DNA from: a virus
Taxonomy: Duplodnaviria > Caudoviricetes
Strand: one strand, 5' to 3'
Virus record (IMG/VR): IMGVR_UViG_3300009082_000959
Length of the DNA: 64,000 nucleotides
In this document: positions 8,938 through 18,392 of the stretch, piece after piece
Numbering within the stretch: position 1 is the first letter of the stretch
Layout: the number at the start of each line of letters is the position of its first letter
Made by a program: the position numbers and the translations under genes
Notes under the pieces: generated by a model
Seen by the model: only the letters and a program-made list of their open reading frames with translations
Databases searched by the model: none
Told to the model about the DNA's origin: nothing

Positions 8938-9420
8938 ATGTCACAGTCTGGAGAAGAGATGATTGCGGGACTTTCGAAACTTTTGGACAGTAAAGTGGTA
9001 ACAAAAACAGCTTCTACAAAGGTAGAAACACAGAAAGTTCCCAAAAAGAAGGCAAACGTAATAAGCATATTGAAAGAACTTTCTAAATTAGCATCAACAC
9101 TTGATGAGTCTGGAGCATGGGTTGCTGCTCAACTGGTTGATGATTCTATAACCGCGATTTCATCGAACATGGACGAAGACGAAGATCCCACAGAGATTTT
9201 TGAGGAAGAACTACCAGTCAGTGGTAACGAAGAAGGAATGGGGTCTAGGATGGAACGCACCTTACAGGATGATGGCCAGCCGCCACAAGAAATGACTCCA
9301 GAAGGACTTGGAATGAGTGATTTCAATGAAGCCGGTGGGACGGTGCATGAAGACAAAATGGACGCACTATTCCGCGATCCAGCTTTCCGCGCAAAAGTAA
9401 AAGAATTTTTGGGCCAATAA
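8938..9420 (+). CDS. Acidic hypothetical protein, probable head-associated
   Basis: AGGAG RBS; VTKTA and LASTLDESG motifs. Confidence 0.8.
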   Translation: MSQSGEEMIAGLSKLLDSKVVTKTASTKVETQKVPKKKANVISILKELSKLASTLDESGAWVAAQLVDDSITAISSNMDEDEDPTEIFEEELPVSGNEEGMGSRMERTLQDDGQPPQEMTPEGLGMSDFNEAGGTVHEDKMDALFRDPAFRAKVKEFLGQ

Positions 9421-9435
9421 TCAAGGAGAAGTAAG

Positions 9436-10128
9436 TTGCTTAAACTTATTCAAATCGGACAGTCATTACCTGTTAGTTTCCCAGTAGACCCAACTGCGCA
9501 GTTTCAGCCAGGACAAATTGCGCAACTTAAAGTTCTTGGAAACGAAGTTGTGTGCGGTGTTTCTGATGGAACTGCTCCATTTGGAATTATAGATGAAATA
9601 AATACATCTGCTTTTACTGCCCCAGTGAGAGATGAGGTTGTCGTAATATCCACCGTTGGAATGAATGATGGATACGGAAGATATGTGTCTATCATAGAGT
9701 CTATGAAAAATTTGAGATTTTCCAACATAGTTAGAAGTAGTTTTAGTTGCGATGTAGAGGGCTTAATACTAAATGATGTGAATGGTTTGGTTATTGCGCC
9801 AGCAGGAACACCACTTAATTATGACTACGATGGTGATGGGGTTCTCGATTCAATTAGGGTTATTTGCACATATATTTATAGGATAGCCAATATACCAGGA
9901 GACAACACAACGATAGGTAGCGGAAGAATGACAATCTGGTTTCAGAGAGGTATATTTGAAACCGATCAATATGACACACGGGCAGCATATGTCGTTGGTG
10001 CAGTTTTGTTTTGTAATGCAGAAGGATATCTAACCACTAATCAATTAACACCACAACATCCTGGTTTTGCTATGGTAACTGGACCCCCAACAGGTCTTAA
10101 TAATACATTAGAATTTTTGTTTTACTAG
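9436..10128 (+). CDS. Capsid decoration/cement-like virion protein
   Basis: TTG start with AAGGAG RBS; beta-rich; GIFETDQYD...YVVGAVLFCNAEGYLT resembles cement-type proteins. Confidence 0.5.
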   Translation: MLKLIQIGQSLPVSFPVDPTAQFQPGQIAQLKVLGNEVVCGVSDGTAPFGIIDEINTSAFTAPVRDEVVVISTVGMNDGYGRYVSIIESMKNLRFSNIVRSSFSCDVEGLILNDVNGLVIAPAGTPLNYDYDGDGVLDSIRVICTYIYRIANIPGDNTTIGSGRMTIWFQRGIFETDQYDTRAAYVVGAVLFCNAEGYLTTNQLTPQHPGFAMVTGPPTGLNNTLEFLFY

Positions 10129-10138
10129 TGGATTTATT

Positions 10139-10870
10139 ATGATTTTTAAAATTTGTCCTCATTGTGGCGTCCAAAAAGACGAAAATGAATTTGGAAAAAA
10201 TAAAAACAGACGTGATGGCCTACAAGGTTATTGTAAAATTTGTAGAAAGCAACAGTATGAGGAAAATAAAGAAGAAATTTTAGAATGTAATAGAAAATTC
10301 TATGAAGAAAATAAAGAAATGATTTCCGCAAGAAACAAAGATTGGCGCGCAAAAAATCCAGAAAAAGTTAAAGCAAGAAAAAAACATTATCGCGAAACAA
10401 ATAAAGAAAAAATTGCTGTGGGAAACAGATGCTATCGCACAGAGAACGCAGAAAAAATTAAAACACACTATAAATCATATTACGAACAAAATACAGATAT
10501 GCTTAAAACAAAAAGCAGTCTATACAAAAAAACACATCCAGAAAAGATACGCGAACAAACAAGAAAACGACGCGCCATGAAACGATCAGTTAATGAAAAT
10601 TTTACCGCACAAGATGAGCTACTTGTTTTTGAAGTTTTTGGCAATCGGTGTGCGAATTGTGGTTCGATAGAAAATTTATGTATTGATCATTTTTACCCCC
10701 TTTCGGCTGGAAACGCCTTAACTATCAATAATGCGTGTTTATTATGTGGCCATTGTAATTGTTCCAAACGAAATAGTGATCCAAAATGTTTCTTTACCGC
10801 AGATAAATATAATGAAATTACACAACTAATGTCAAAAGCGATAGAACTCAATTGGAGACAAAATGTTTGA
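10139..10870 (+). CDS. HNH homing endonuclease
   Basis: CPHC/CKIC N-terminal zinc motifs, K/E-rich helix, CANCG...IDHFYP...NACLLCGHCNCSK. Confidence 0.9.
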   Translation: MIFKICPHCGVQKDENEFGKNKNRRDGLQGYCKICRKQQYEENKEEILECNRKFYEENKEMISARNKDWRAKNPEKVKARKKHYRETNKEKIAVGNRCYRTENAEKIKTHYKSYYEQNTDMLKTKSSLYKKTHPEKIREQTRKRRAMKRSVNENFTAQDELLVFEVFGNRCANCGSIENLCIDHFYPLSAGNALTINNACLLCGHCNCSKRNSDPKCFFTADKYNEITQLMSKAIELNWRQNV

Positions 10871-11297
10871 ATTTGATGATGGGCTTTTGTTTAAATCAAT
10901 AGCTTCGTTGATTAGTGACGAAGCAAGTCGCATCGTGTCACTTGGGCTAGCCTGTCACGCAGATATGAAAAATTGGCTGGACCACTCAATTGGCGATTTG
11001 AACCAACACGATAGGGACACTGCACTAGGTGAATTAGCAGAAACGCATAAGACTCTTTCTGCAATTTGGCTTCCCGGCGACTTTGAAAAAATAGCAATAG
11101 TAGAAGAAGAAGAAAAAATAGAAGAAGTTCCGGAAAAAACAAGTGAAACAAAAACGATTGTTGATAATAATATGTCAATAATTCGTTCAGGTCTTACTGG
11201 AATTGCATATAAACTTGGTAGTTCGGGCAACCATAAGGCGGCCTATCTGATCGAAAGAGCGTTATTTGATATAGAAAATATTATTGACCGTAAATAA
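10863..11297 (+). CDS. Hypothetical protein, probable head-associated
   Basis: GGAGA RBS; C-terminal IAYKLGSSGNHKAAYLI helical motif. Confidence 0.75.
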   Translation: MFEFDDGLLFKSIASLISDEASRIVSLGLACHADMKNWLDHSIGDLNQHDRDTALGELAETHKTLSAIWLPGDFEKIAIVEEEEKIEEVPEKTSETKTIVDNNMSIIRSGLTGIAYKLGSSGNHKAAYLIERALFDIENIIDRK

Positions 11298-11309
11298 TTG
11301 GAGACAACA

Positions 11310-13508
11310 ATGAAACACATAGGATTTAGCGAAAGCACTGTTATGGGAGAATACGCAAGAATAGCGAGTGAGCAAGGACTCATTAAGGTTGCTGATATTC
11401 AGTTTGGAGAGCCAGAGATAAAAACGGATACAAGGTGGTCTCCATCTATGTCTGTGGATGACTACACTGACTATGTTCTTAAAAATGTATTTAAACTAGA
11501 TACATCTGTTGCTCCAACAATTCAGTCGGCACAACTATTTCCACAATTATTGGTCAAATACGAACAGTATCTCCGCAGTGTTGTTTCTGCACAGGTTGGT
11601 GCGCTGTCTGGTAGAGAAGATCGCGCTGCCGCTCACAAATTTCATTCTGATGTAAGAAAGGCAATTGGCAATAAGGTATCAGAATGGTATAAACTTAATA
11701 AATTACCAGTAGCGCAGAGCGAAGTTTCTTTTATTGTCCCGGCTCAAAAATTATATTCAGCAATAGTTGAGGGCATTGCCCCAATTAGCCAAGAAGCAAA
11801 TGACGGTGGTGCAAACCCACTGACACCTCATATGCAACGTCTTAACAGTACATTTGCAAATCTTATGAAGCAGTATGGTAACGATCAGGCAAAGGTGAGA
11901 CCACTATACAACAAAAAAGTTGATGAAATGATGAAATCATTAGAGAAATTTAAAAGTAATCCCGCCAATATACCTGTGCTAAAACAATTCGAGAGTTCTG
12001 CCAGACAAATTGGAATAGATGTAGACAAAAAGAAATCCAGCAAACTTGATATTGATTTATCCAAGCGAGCCAAGGGTAATTCTGGCGGAGTTTATGATGT
12101 TTCTGGCGAAACCGGAGAACAATTGATAGATTCTGCTCACCCAGGCAAAATGAGAACAGAACTAACCAGCAAAACCGATGAAAATTTGGTAGAAACAATC
12201 ATAGAACAGCAGGTTCGTGACATCGAAGTTGCAAACAGTATTCCAAAGGGAACATACGCTGCCCTAGTAAGTCTTGTCGCTAAACTCAATAAGATGGGGT
12301 ATTCAAAGCAGGCAGAACCGCTAAAGAAAATGATCGTTAAATTAAACGGCTTTAATATGGTGGATGTAGAACTTATATCTCTGGCTATGAAACTAAAAGA
12401 CGGTGGCCTTAAAAAAGAGGCAGTAAAAGTAATACGATTACTATCAAAAAAAGCACAGGGAACCCAGGAATCGGTTAATGAGACACTACCTAAGGTTTCC
12501 GGAAATCTATCAAGTCTAGTGTCTTCAATGAATGCCTTGGGACTTGGAAACAACCAGGAATTCGCAGGTATTTTAGATGAATTAAAGAGAGACCTTACTA
12601 ATATACAGAACATACAAGCTGTAGCAGCGATGGATAGAAAAACGGCAGATGGGGCTCAAAATTCACTTAAAGAGATATTAGCAAACCTCAATAAAGCACA
12701 ATCAGTAATTGTTGTTGCATCAAGGTCTGGCGAATTTACTGGTATGCCCGGTGATATAAGTAGTGTAAGCAAAAGTATAGGTTCCACAATTTCATCTGTT
12801 GTTGCTGCATCAGTGGCGGTTAGGTCATTTGCAGAGACCCTGCCGCAAGAAGTTGCACAGCCAACCGAACAAGAAAAGAAAAAGATACCGTTCATAAAGC
12901 AGTTGTTGTCTGAAGAGAAATTTGCCAATGAGTGGGGTAAGAGATTTAATGCACAATTAGAGGAAATAAGGGAAAAGAATGATGTCTCCGAACAGTATCT
13001 TCCTGATGAAATTAGTGCACTGCGAGCAAAAACCGATGGAAGTTGGGATGAGCTAAAACGAAGCCTAAGCAATATAGTTAAGGTATGGCGATCTAAAGGA
13101 AAGTGGAATGATTTTATTAAATACATAGATGATGTTATGAAGAATGTTAATATGGATTTTAAGGACAAGGACAGTCCCTCTGACACAGTTCCCGATGTAG
13201 AACAAGAAACAAAGATATCAGGTGACCGCAGCGCAGAGGATATTAGAAGATATAATCAAATGATTCATGATCGCGCATTGGAGCTAACAAAGTGGTCTTA
13301 TGCAAATTCCGCAAAATTAATCGGAGTTGATTTGAGGAATTCTGGCATTACCCCAGCACAAGCACGGCAATGGAGAGATAAACTATATGAAGACGCTTTT
13401 AGTTTCATAAGGGATGTGACGCCGTATGTGCTGGATGCTGCTGCAAGCCCGCTTCAAGACTTAAGACAAGATTTTACTGATTTTGTTAAAGAGAAATATA
13501 AGAAATAA
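11310..13508 (+). CDS. Large probable internal head protein
   Basis: Start moved to ATG 11310 (GGAGA RBS); shares an AHP...VE..EQQ...PxG domain with 15960-16541 and the scaffold. Confidence 0.75.
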   Translation: MKHIGFSESTVMGEYARIASEQGLIKVADIQFGEPEIKTDTRWSPSMSVDDYTDYVLKNVFKLDTSVAPTIQSAQLFPQLLVKYEQYLRSVVSAQVGALSGREDRAAAHKFHSDVRKAIGNKVSEWYKLNKLPVAQSEVSFIVPAQKLYSAIVEGIAPISQEANDGGANPLTPHMQRLNSTFANLMKQYGNDQAKVRPLYNKKVDEMMKSLEKFKSNPANIPVLKQFESSARQIGIDVDKKKSSKLDIDLSKRAKGNSGGVYDVSGETGEQLIDSAHPGKMRTELTSKTDENLVETIIEQQVRDIEVANSIPKGTYAALVSLVAKLNKMGYSKQAEPLKKMIVKLNGFNMVDVELISLAMKLKDGGLKKEAVKVIRLLSKKAQGTQESVNETLPKVSGNLSSLVSSMNALGLGNNQEFAGILDELKRDLTNIQNIQAVAAMDRKTADGAQNSLKEILANLNKAQSVIVVASRSGEFTGMPGDISSVSKSIGSTISSVVAASVAVRSFAETLPQEVAQPTEQEKKKIPFIKQLLSEEKFANEWGKRFNAQLEEIREKNDVSEQYLPDEISALRAKTDGSWDELKRSLSNIVKVWRSKGKWNDFIKYIDDVMKNVNMDFKDKDSPSDTVPDVEQETKISGDRSAEDIRRYNQMIHDRALELTKWSYANSAKLIGVDLRNSGITPAQARQWRDKLYEDAFSFIRDVTPYVLDAAASPLQDLRQDFTDFVKEKYKK

Positions 13509-13526
13509 TTAAACTAGGATTATATT

Positions 13527-15332
13527 ATGCAAAAAATTTCTTGGACCTGGCGAGATATAGTTACGGAGCTTGGAGTTGGGGCCGTCACTGACCTGGCAAT
13601 TGCTGGCGGTGCCGCAGCTCTTGGTCTTGGCACTGGTCCAATAGGATGGACTCTATTGGCTGGAGCAGGAATTACAGCGGCAGTTTGGTATTTTACGCGC
13701 CAAATGGACGACAACTTACCAGACCTCATAGATAGACTTGAAGACCTTGATCCAAAACCAGAGTATGAACTCAAAATAAATAATTGGATTGACACACTAA
13801 AATCAATACTGCCCACAATTTCTGCTCCACCAACCACTACTGATGTTGCACAAAGAGGACAACTCAATGCTCAACAGTATGTTGCTATGAGAAATTTGCT
13901 TGCTTATATGGAGCAATTAGAGAAAGAGTGGAGAACAGATGTATATCCAAATGGACTTACGGATATCGTTTTTGATGCAGGTCAGGTAAATTATACTATA
14001 TCTGAAACCCTAAATGCTATAAAGACTTCTATCACAAAAATGCGTGAAGCTGCAAAACAAGATGCTGACACACTATTGAACCAAATTAAAGAAAAATCAA
14101 AGATTGATTACAAGCAATTATCCACAGATATAGTTGGTTTATATGACCAATTGACCAGTTTATATGGAAAGGCACCAGAGTGGGAAACAAATGAAAGAAA
14201 TTTGGAGGCAGCTTTTAATTTTGCAAAAAATATAGTTGGCCGAGGCGAGGAATTCAAAGCATTCACACAGCAGGATTTGACTGCTATGTTGCCCCTGATG
14301 AATAAAGTTAAGGAATTGTTTTCTCGTGCCCTACAAGCAAAACAACCTGCTCAAAAAACATCATCTCACCAGGCTTTATCTAAACGGGCACTTATATTGG
14401 GTGATGGTAGTCGTATTTCAGACACAGAATCTCCAATTCCACATGGCCAGTTAAGGCAGGCACCACTTACCTCAAAATCTCCAACTGTGGCAAAATTACA
14501 AATGGCGCTTAATGTAATAAACGAAAAGATTGGCAGTCCAACAAAATGCATAGTTGATGGGCTGTATGGAAAACAAACAGCCGGCGCAGTTGTTGAGTTA
14601 ATGGGAAAAAGCAAAGCAGTTGCAGATATGGTTGCACCTCTTGATGCAGAACAAATATCTAATGTCTCCGCCATGAATCAAAATCCAGGCAATATAAAAG
14701 ATTTGTTTGACGCGTTTTATTCAATTGCCCTACAATTAAAAGAGAGCGGCGGTAAAGGCACAGAGCAACCAGCAGCACAGTGTAATCCAGAAAAATTCAA
14801 TCCAACTCCGGCAGAAATGTTGGCTTGTTTAAAGGAAGAATTGCAAGTAGAGGAACCAAATACTGGTAAAAGAATGTATGCCTATGATTGGATGAGAAGT
14901 CTTGGTGTAAGTGATTCCACAATGATTTCTTGGGTCACGAGTTTATTTCCGCCAAGTGATTATAGACCAAAGGACTGGTCTCCTTCGGTTTTGGTATCTC
15001 ACGTAAAATCAGAGTTTGCTAGGGCTCAAAAAAACAAAAACCCAACACAATTGGGAAATATATCAATACCAAAGGATGATAATAGCCTAATAAGATATAT
15101 GAAAAATTATTTTGAAGTAATAGACCCACCAACCAATGAAAAAATGGGAGTATATTTCTGGCTACAAGGAAAAGGATTGGATAAATACATATCATTAAAA
15201 ATGATGAATGATTTCATAAACAAACAACAAGGTGGCCAGAGAATTTGGAACACAGCAACAACTCCAAGACAATTCACCTCTTTTGTTGAATCACTTATGG
15301 GAGGCCGAGAAGGTGCAGCACGTATTATCTAA
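13527..15332 (+). CDS. Probable virion/ejection protein with N-terminal glycine-rich hydrophobic segments and a peptidoglycan-binding-like domain
   Basis: AGGAAALGLGTGPIGWTLLAGAG; VAKLQMALN...VDGLYGKQTAGAV resembles PG_binding_1. Confidence 0.6.
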   Translation: MQKISWTWRDIVTELGVGAVTDLAIAGGAAALGLGTGPIGWTLLAGAGITAAVWYFTRQMDDNLPDLIDRLEDLDPKPEYELKINNWIDTLKSILPTISAPPTTTDVAQRGQLNAQQYVAMRNLLAYMEQLEKEWRTDVYPNGLTDIVFDAGQVNYTISETLNAIKTSITKMREAAKQDADTLLNQIKEKSKIDYKQLSTDIVGLYDQLTSLYGKAPEWETNERNLEAAFNFAKNIVGRGEEFKAFTQQDLTAMLPLMNKVKELFSRALQAKQPAQKTSSHQALSKRALILGDGSRISDTESPIPHGQLRQAPLTSKSPTVAKLQMALNVINEKIGSPTKCIVDGLYGKQTAGAVVELMGKSKAVADMVAPLDAEQISNVSAMNQNPGNIKDLFDAFYSIALQLKESGGKGTEQPAAQCNPEKFNPTPAEMLACLKEELQVEEPNTGKRMYAYDWMRSLGVSDSTMISWVTSLFPPSDYRPKDWSPSVLVSHVKSEFARAQKNKNPTQLGNISIPKDDNSLIRYMKNYFEVIDPPTNEKMGVYFWLQGKGLDKYISLKMMNDFINKQQGGQRIWNTATTPRQFTSFVESLMGGREGAARII

Positions 15333-15963
15333 ACGAGCCTTTGAAATAGAGGATTTATGGCAACAGATTAGTTCTGTTTGGCACACTAACGAGGGTTTTT
15401 GTGAAAATCTGTTTAGGATTTCATCATACCTTTTGCCATTTGTTCCTGGTTTGGGGTGGAGTGTTTTTATACTTGAAAAAATTGCTGCGTTTTTTGGATT
15501 TGGTTTAGCAGACTTGGGTGCAGCAATTGATAGGTTTGCTGGGTGGGAACCTAGTAATAATTTAAACATTGGTCAGAGCGAGTTTTCTTCTGTTTTGGTA
15601 GATTTCATAACCACTCAATCTAAATCTGTAAATGCTTCTAAAAACCTAGAGCAAATAACAAAAACTGCTTGGTTTGGTGGTCTAATAAAACTAATCCAAT
15701 TATTGCCAAGAGCAATTGTTCCACTAACGAATGCAGTCAAGTTTATGCTACTGACATTTGGATTTTCAAAGGTTGGTGAAATATATTCTGCCGTAAGTGG
15801 AACAACAAAGGCCCCGGGTGCCTTGATGTTGGAAAACTCAAAACCCCAAAAAACAGAATTGCTATCAGAAGAGAACATTAGTGCGTTTAAAGACCTTATA
15901 TCAAACCCACTCAATGTTGTAAAACCACTAACAGACCTATATAAAGTAATGGAGACAAAATGA
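15313..15963 (+). CDS. Hypothetical protein with hydrophobic segments
   Basis: GTG start at 15313 preceded by GGAGG; LSKRA near the N-terminus. Confidence 0.7.
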   Translation: MQHVLSKRAFEIEDLWQQISSVWHTNEGFCENLFRISSYLLPFVPGLGWSVFILEKIAAFFGFGLADLGAAIDRFAGWEPSNNLNIGQSEFSSVLVDFITTQSKSVNASKNLEQITKTAWFGGLIKLIQLLPRAIVPLTNAVKFMLLTFGFSKVGEIYSAVSGTTKAPGALMLENSKPQKTELLSEENISAFKDLISNPLNVVKPLTDLYKVMETK

Positions 15964-16541
15964 GTATTACTAAAAACGAAATCATGGATGAATTTTTCAG
16001 ATTAGCAAAAGAACAGGGATTCGCTGATGAAGTTGAACCAAATCCTTATCAAGAGGACGAAAAGGTTATACGTGAAAAGAGAGTTAAAACTCCTGAAAAA
16101 AATATCATAGAAGAAGCTCATCCGGAACCAATTTATGTTGCAGAGGCTTTTGGAGATGGTGGTTTGGTTGAAAATCAAGTTGAACAGCAAAAGAAATTAA
16201 TTGATATGATAAATAAAATGCCAACAGGTAATCTCACTGCTCATTATGCATCAACCGCAATAGAGTTGCTTAAAATTGCCAACAAATGCGATGACTTGGG
16301 ACACACAAAGGCTGCTGATTTAATTACCACTGCGGCAGAAAACTTACTTGAAATGGCTGAAAAAAATGATCTTGGATTTGAATGCCCTGGGTGTGAGAAA
16401 CCAGAAGACCAATGCACTTGCGACAAATCAAATGATGCTGAGTATTGTGATAAGTGCGACCGAAGTATGGAAAATTGCATTTGCGATAAAGAATCAGGCA
16501 ACGAGAAAGCCTTCCCTTTTACCAAGGCTCCTATCGTTTAA
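15960..16541 (+). CDS. Probable head protein (partial paralog of 11310) with a Cys-rich tail; upstream partner of a predicted -1 frameshift
   Basis: GGAGA RBS; AHP domain; CPGC..CTC / CDKC..CIC; ends with the slippery site C CCT TTT. Confidence 0.75.
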   Translation: MSITKNEIMDEFFRLAKEQGFADEVEPNPYQEDEKVIREKRVKTPEKNIIEEAHPEPIYVAEAFGDGGLVENQVEQQKKLIDMINKMPTGNLTAHYASTAIELLKIANKCDDLGHTKAADLITTAAENLLEMAEKNDLGFECPGCEKPEDQCTCDKSNDAEYCDKCDRSMENCICDKESGNEKAFPFTKAPIV

Positions 16542-16585
16542 GCGCTAGGGTAAGTCCGCTATTAAAGAAAGCCTGGATAGGAAGT
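16514..16585 (+). promoter_or_regulatory. Predicted -1 programmed ribosomal frameshift signal
   Basis: X XXY YYZ heptamer C CCT TTT (16514-16520) in the correct phase; stem TCCTATC(16529-35)/GATAGGA(16576-82) with inner pairings starts 8 nt downstream; the -1 frame is open from 16490 to 18283. Confidence 0.6.
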
Positions 16586-16591
16586 GCTATT

Positions 16592-18283
16592 TTGGCCGGC
16601 GCTCGTGCTTTTTTAAAGGGAGTTGGAGCAAAAGGTGCACAAAAACTTGGAGTCAATACTGCAAAGACCATAGAAAATGCAGGACCAGGTGTTTTAAAAA
16701 CACTAACCAATTGGTGGGATGGCGGAATGAAACAAGCCGCCAAAGAAGCACAGGAGTTTGCCGGGAAATCATCACAAGAAATGATTCAGGCTCTTGACCC
16801 TGGATTGTTGTCTCGTGTAAGTTCTGAAACCGCAACTAGGCTAAATGCATCCTTGGCTAGCGCAAGACAAAAAATGGCAGAAACGGCGGTGAGACTTTCT
16901 GAGGAACTAACAAGAATACCAGGTGCTCCCAGATTATTGCCAGGTGTTTCTATGTCAGAGGCCAATGCTGCCAAACAGACCATTAAAAATACTGCTAATT
17001 CTGTGGCAAAACAACTAGACGAAGTAAAAAACAAAGCTGGTGCTCTTGAAGAACAAATGGAGCATATGGTTGGTGAAAACTCAAAAGATGCAGTTCAAAT
17101 GGCAACTTTTATGCGAAGTGAACTAAATTCTCTTGCATCAAAACAAGTAAAGTTAGAAAATCAATTGGTTGGGCTTGAACACGCAAAAAAGATTGTTGGA
17201 AAACTCTCTCATGTGTCTGAACTTGATAATCTACTAATTCAGAAAAAATACGACGAAATTCTAAAAAGAATGTATTCCTATGACCCAAATATTTCAAAAT
17301 GGACATCTGACTTAATGGGGCACGATGTAGCGGCTCAAGTTGAAGCAGCACGTCATTCACTGTCTGCTGCAAGCAAAAACTTAAACAAACCAAAAGCTCT
17401 TTTACAAGAATATTTGGATATGATTAATAGGGGCGATAAAGTAAATGCCGATGCCTTTAGAACAAATCCGCACAATGCCTCTGTTTTGCTAGACATAACC
17501 AAGAGACGCCCTGATTTAATGGCACAAGTAACCAAGGGAGAAATTACAAGGGTTCCGCTTAGGCAATCTTTGGTTGGTCTCACTCGTGGTGATACGGTAA
17601 AAAGGCTTGGTCTTGGTGCTGCTGGTCTAACTGCTACTGGATTTGGCGCAGTGAAAGCTTTTGACTGGTTTGGTAAAAACGATCCAGCACAAACAGCAAA
17701 AGACAGCACCTTGGTTCGTGGTTCTATTTCTTCACTACGAGTAAAGGAACCAGGCGCTTCCGTTCTTAGGTCAGCACAAAATGCCGTCACAAGAATAGGC
17801 GAAATAGCAAACAACACCAACACTCAATTGGCCCAAGAAACCACTTCTGCTTCCGCCGCAGGCAATTTTGTTACCGGAATTTCTTCAGAGCTTTCAATTT
17901 TAGTTAAGGCTCTGGAACAATGGGACCTAGTTGAACAAAATGCAGAGGACCCCCAACAAGCAAGAGAAGTTGGAGAAGATTTGGCTGAATTTGCAAACGG
18001 AATAGCTAGCAGTTTGGGTGAGTTAAATACACAAGTTGCCAGTGGTTCTGATAGCAATCCGTCAGTTGGTTCCGAGAATTTATCAAAAATTCAGGGGTTT
18101 TTAAATATACCAGTGACAGGGAAATTAGATGAACCCACCGCAACTGGATTAAAAAACCTAGAGAAGCAGTTTAATGCGAAGACAAATGACACTGCTTTTA
18201 CTGGGGCTTTAATAAAAAACGATGGAAGTGTGATATCTTATGATAATTTAATCAAAGCATATCAAAAATTACAGAATTATTAA
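16592..18283 (+). CDS. Probable virion protein (coiled-coil, glycine-rich segment, C-terminal PG-binding-like domain); possibly made as a frameshift fusion
   Basis: Only a TTG start; LSKIQGFLNIPVTGKLDEPTATGL resembles PG_binding_1. Confidence 0.7.
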   Translation: MAGARAFLKGVGAKGAQKLGVNTAKTIENAGPGVLKTLTNWWDGGMKQAAKEAQEFAGKSSQEMIQALDPGLLSRVSSETATRLNASLASARQKMAETAVRLSEELTRIPGAPRLLPGVSMSEANAAKQTIKNTANSVAKQLDEVKNKAGALEEQMEHMVGENSKDAVQMATFMRSELNSLASKQVKLENQLVGLEHAKKIVGKLSHVSELDNLLIQKKYDEILKRMYSYDPNISKWTSDLMGHDVAAQVEAARHSLSAASKNLNKPKALLQEYLDMINRGDKVNADAFRTNPHNASVLLDITKRRPDLMAQVTKGEITRVPLRQSLVGLTRGDTVKRLGLGAAGLTATGFGAVKAFDWFGKNDPAQTAKDSTLVRGSISSLRVKEPGASVLRSAQNAVTRIGEIANNTNTQLAQETTSASAAGNFVTGISSELSILVKALEQWDLVEQNAEDPQQAREVGEDLAEFANGIASSLGELNTQVASGSDSNPSVGSENLSKIQGFLNIPVTGKLDEPTATGLKNLEKQFNAKTNDTAFTGALIKNDGSVISYDNLIKAYQKLQNY

Positions 18284-18288
18284 CAATA

Positions 18289-18302
18289 AATCTATCAATA
18301 TT
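18289..18302 (+). promoter_or_regulatory. Conserved motif AATCTATCAATATT, copy 2 (upstream of the decoration/MCP genes)
   Basis: Exact match to 752-765. Confidence 0.6.
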
Positions 18303-18392
18303 TTCTAATTAGATAAGCGGTTATTCTCTATGACCAACTAAGTTTTTCACCGAGAATTCACCCAAAAAACAAATTTTGGAGGAAATGCATAA

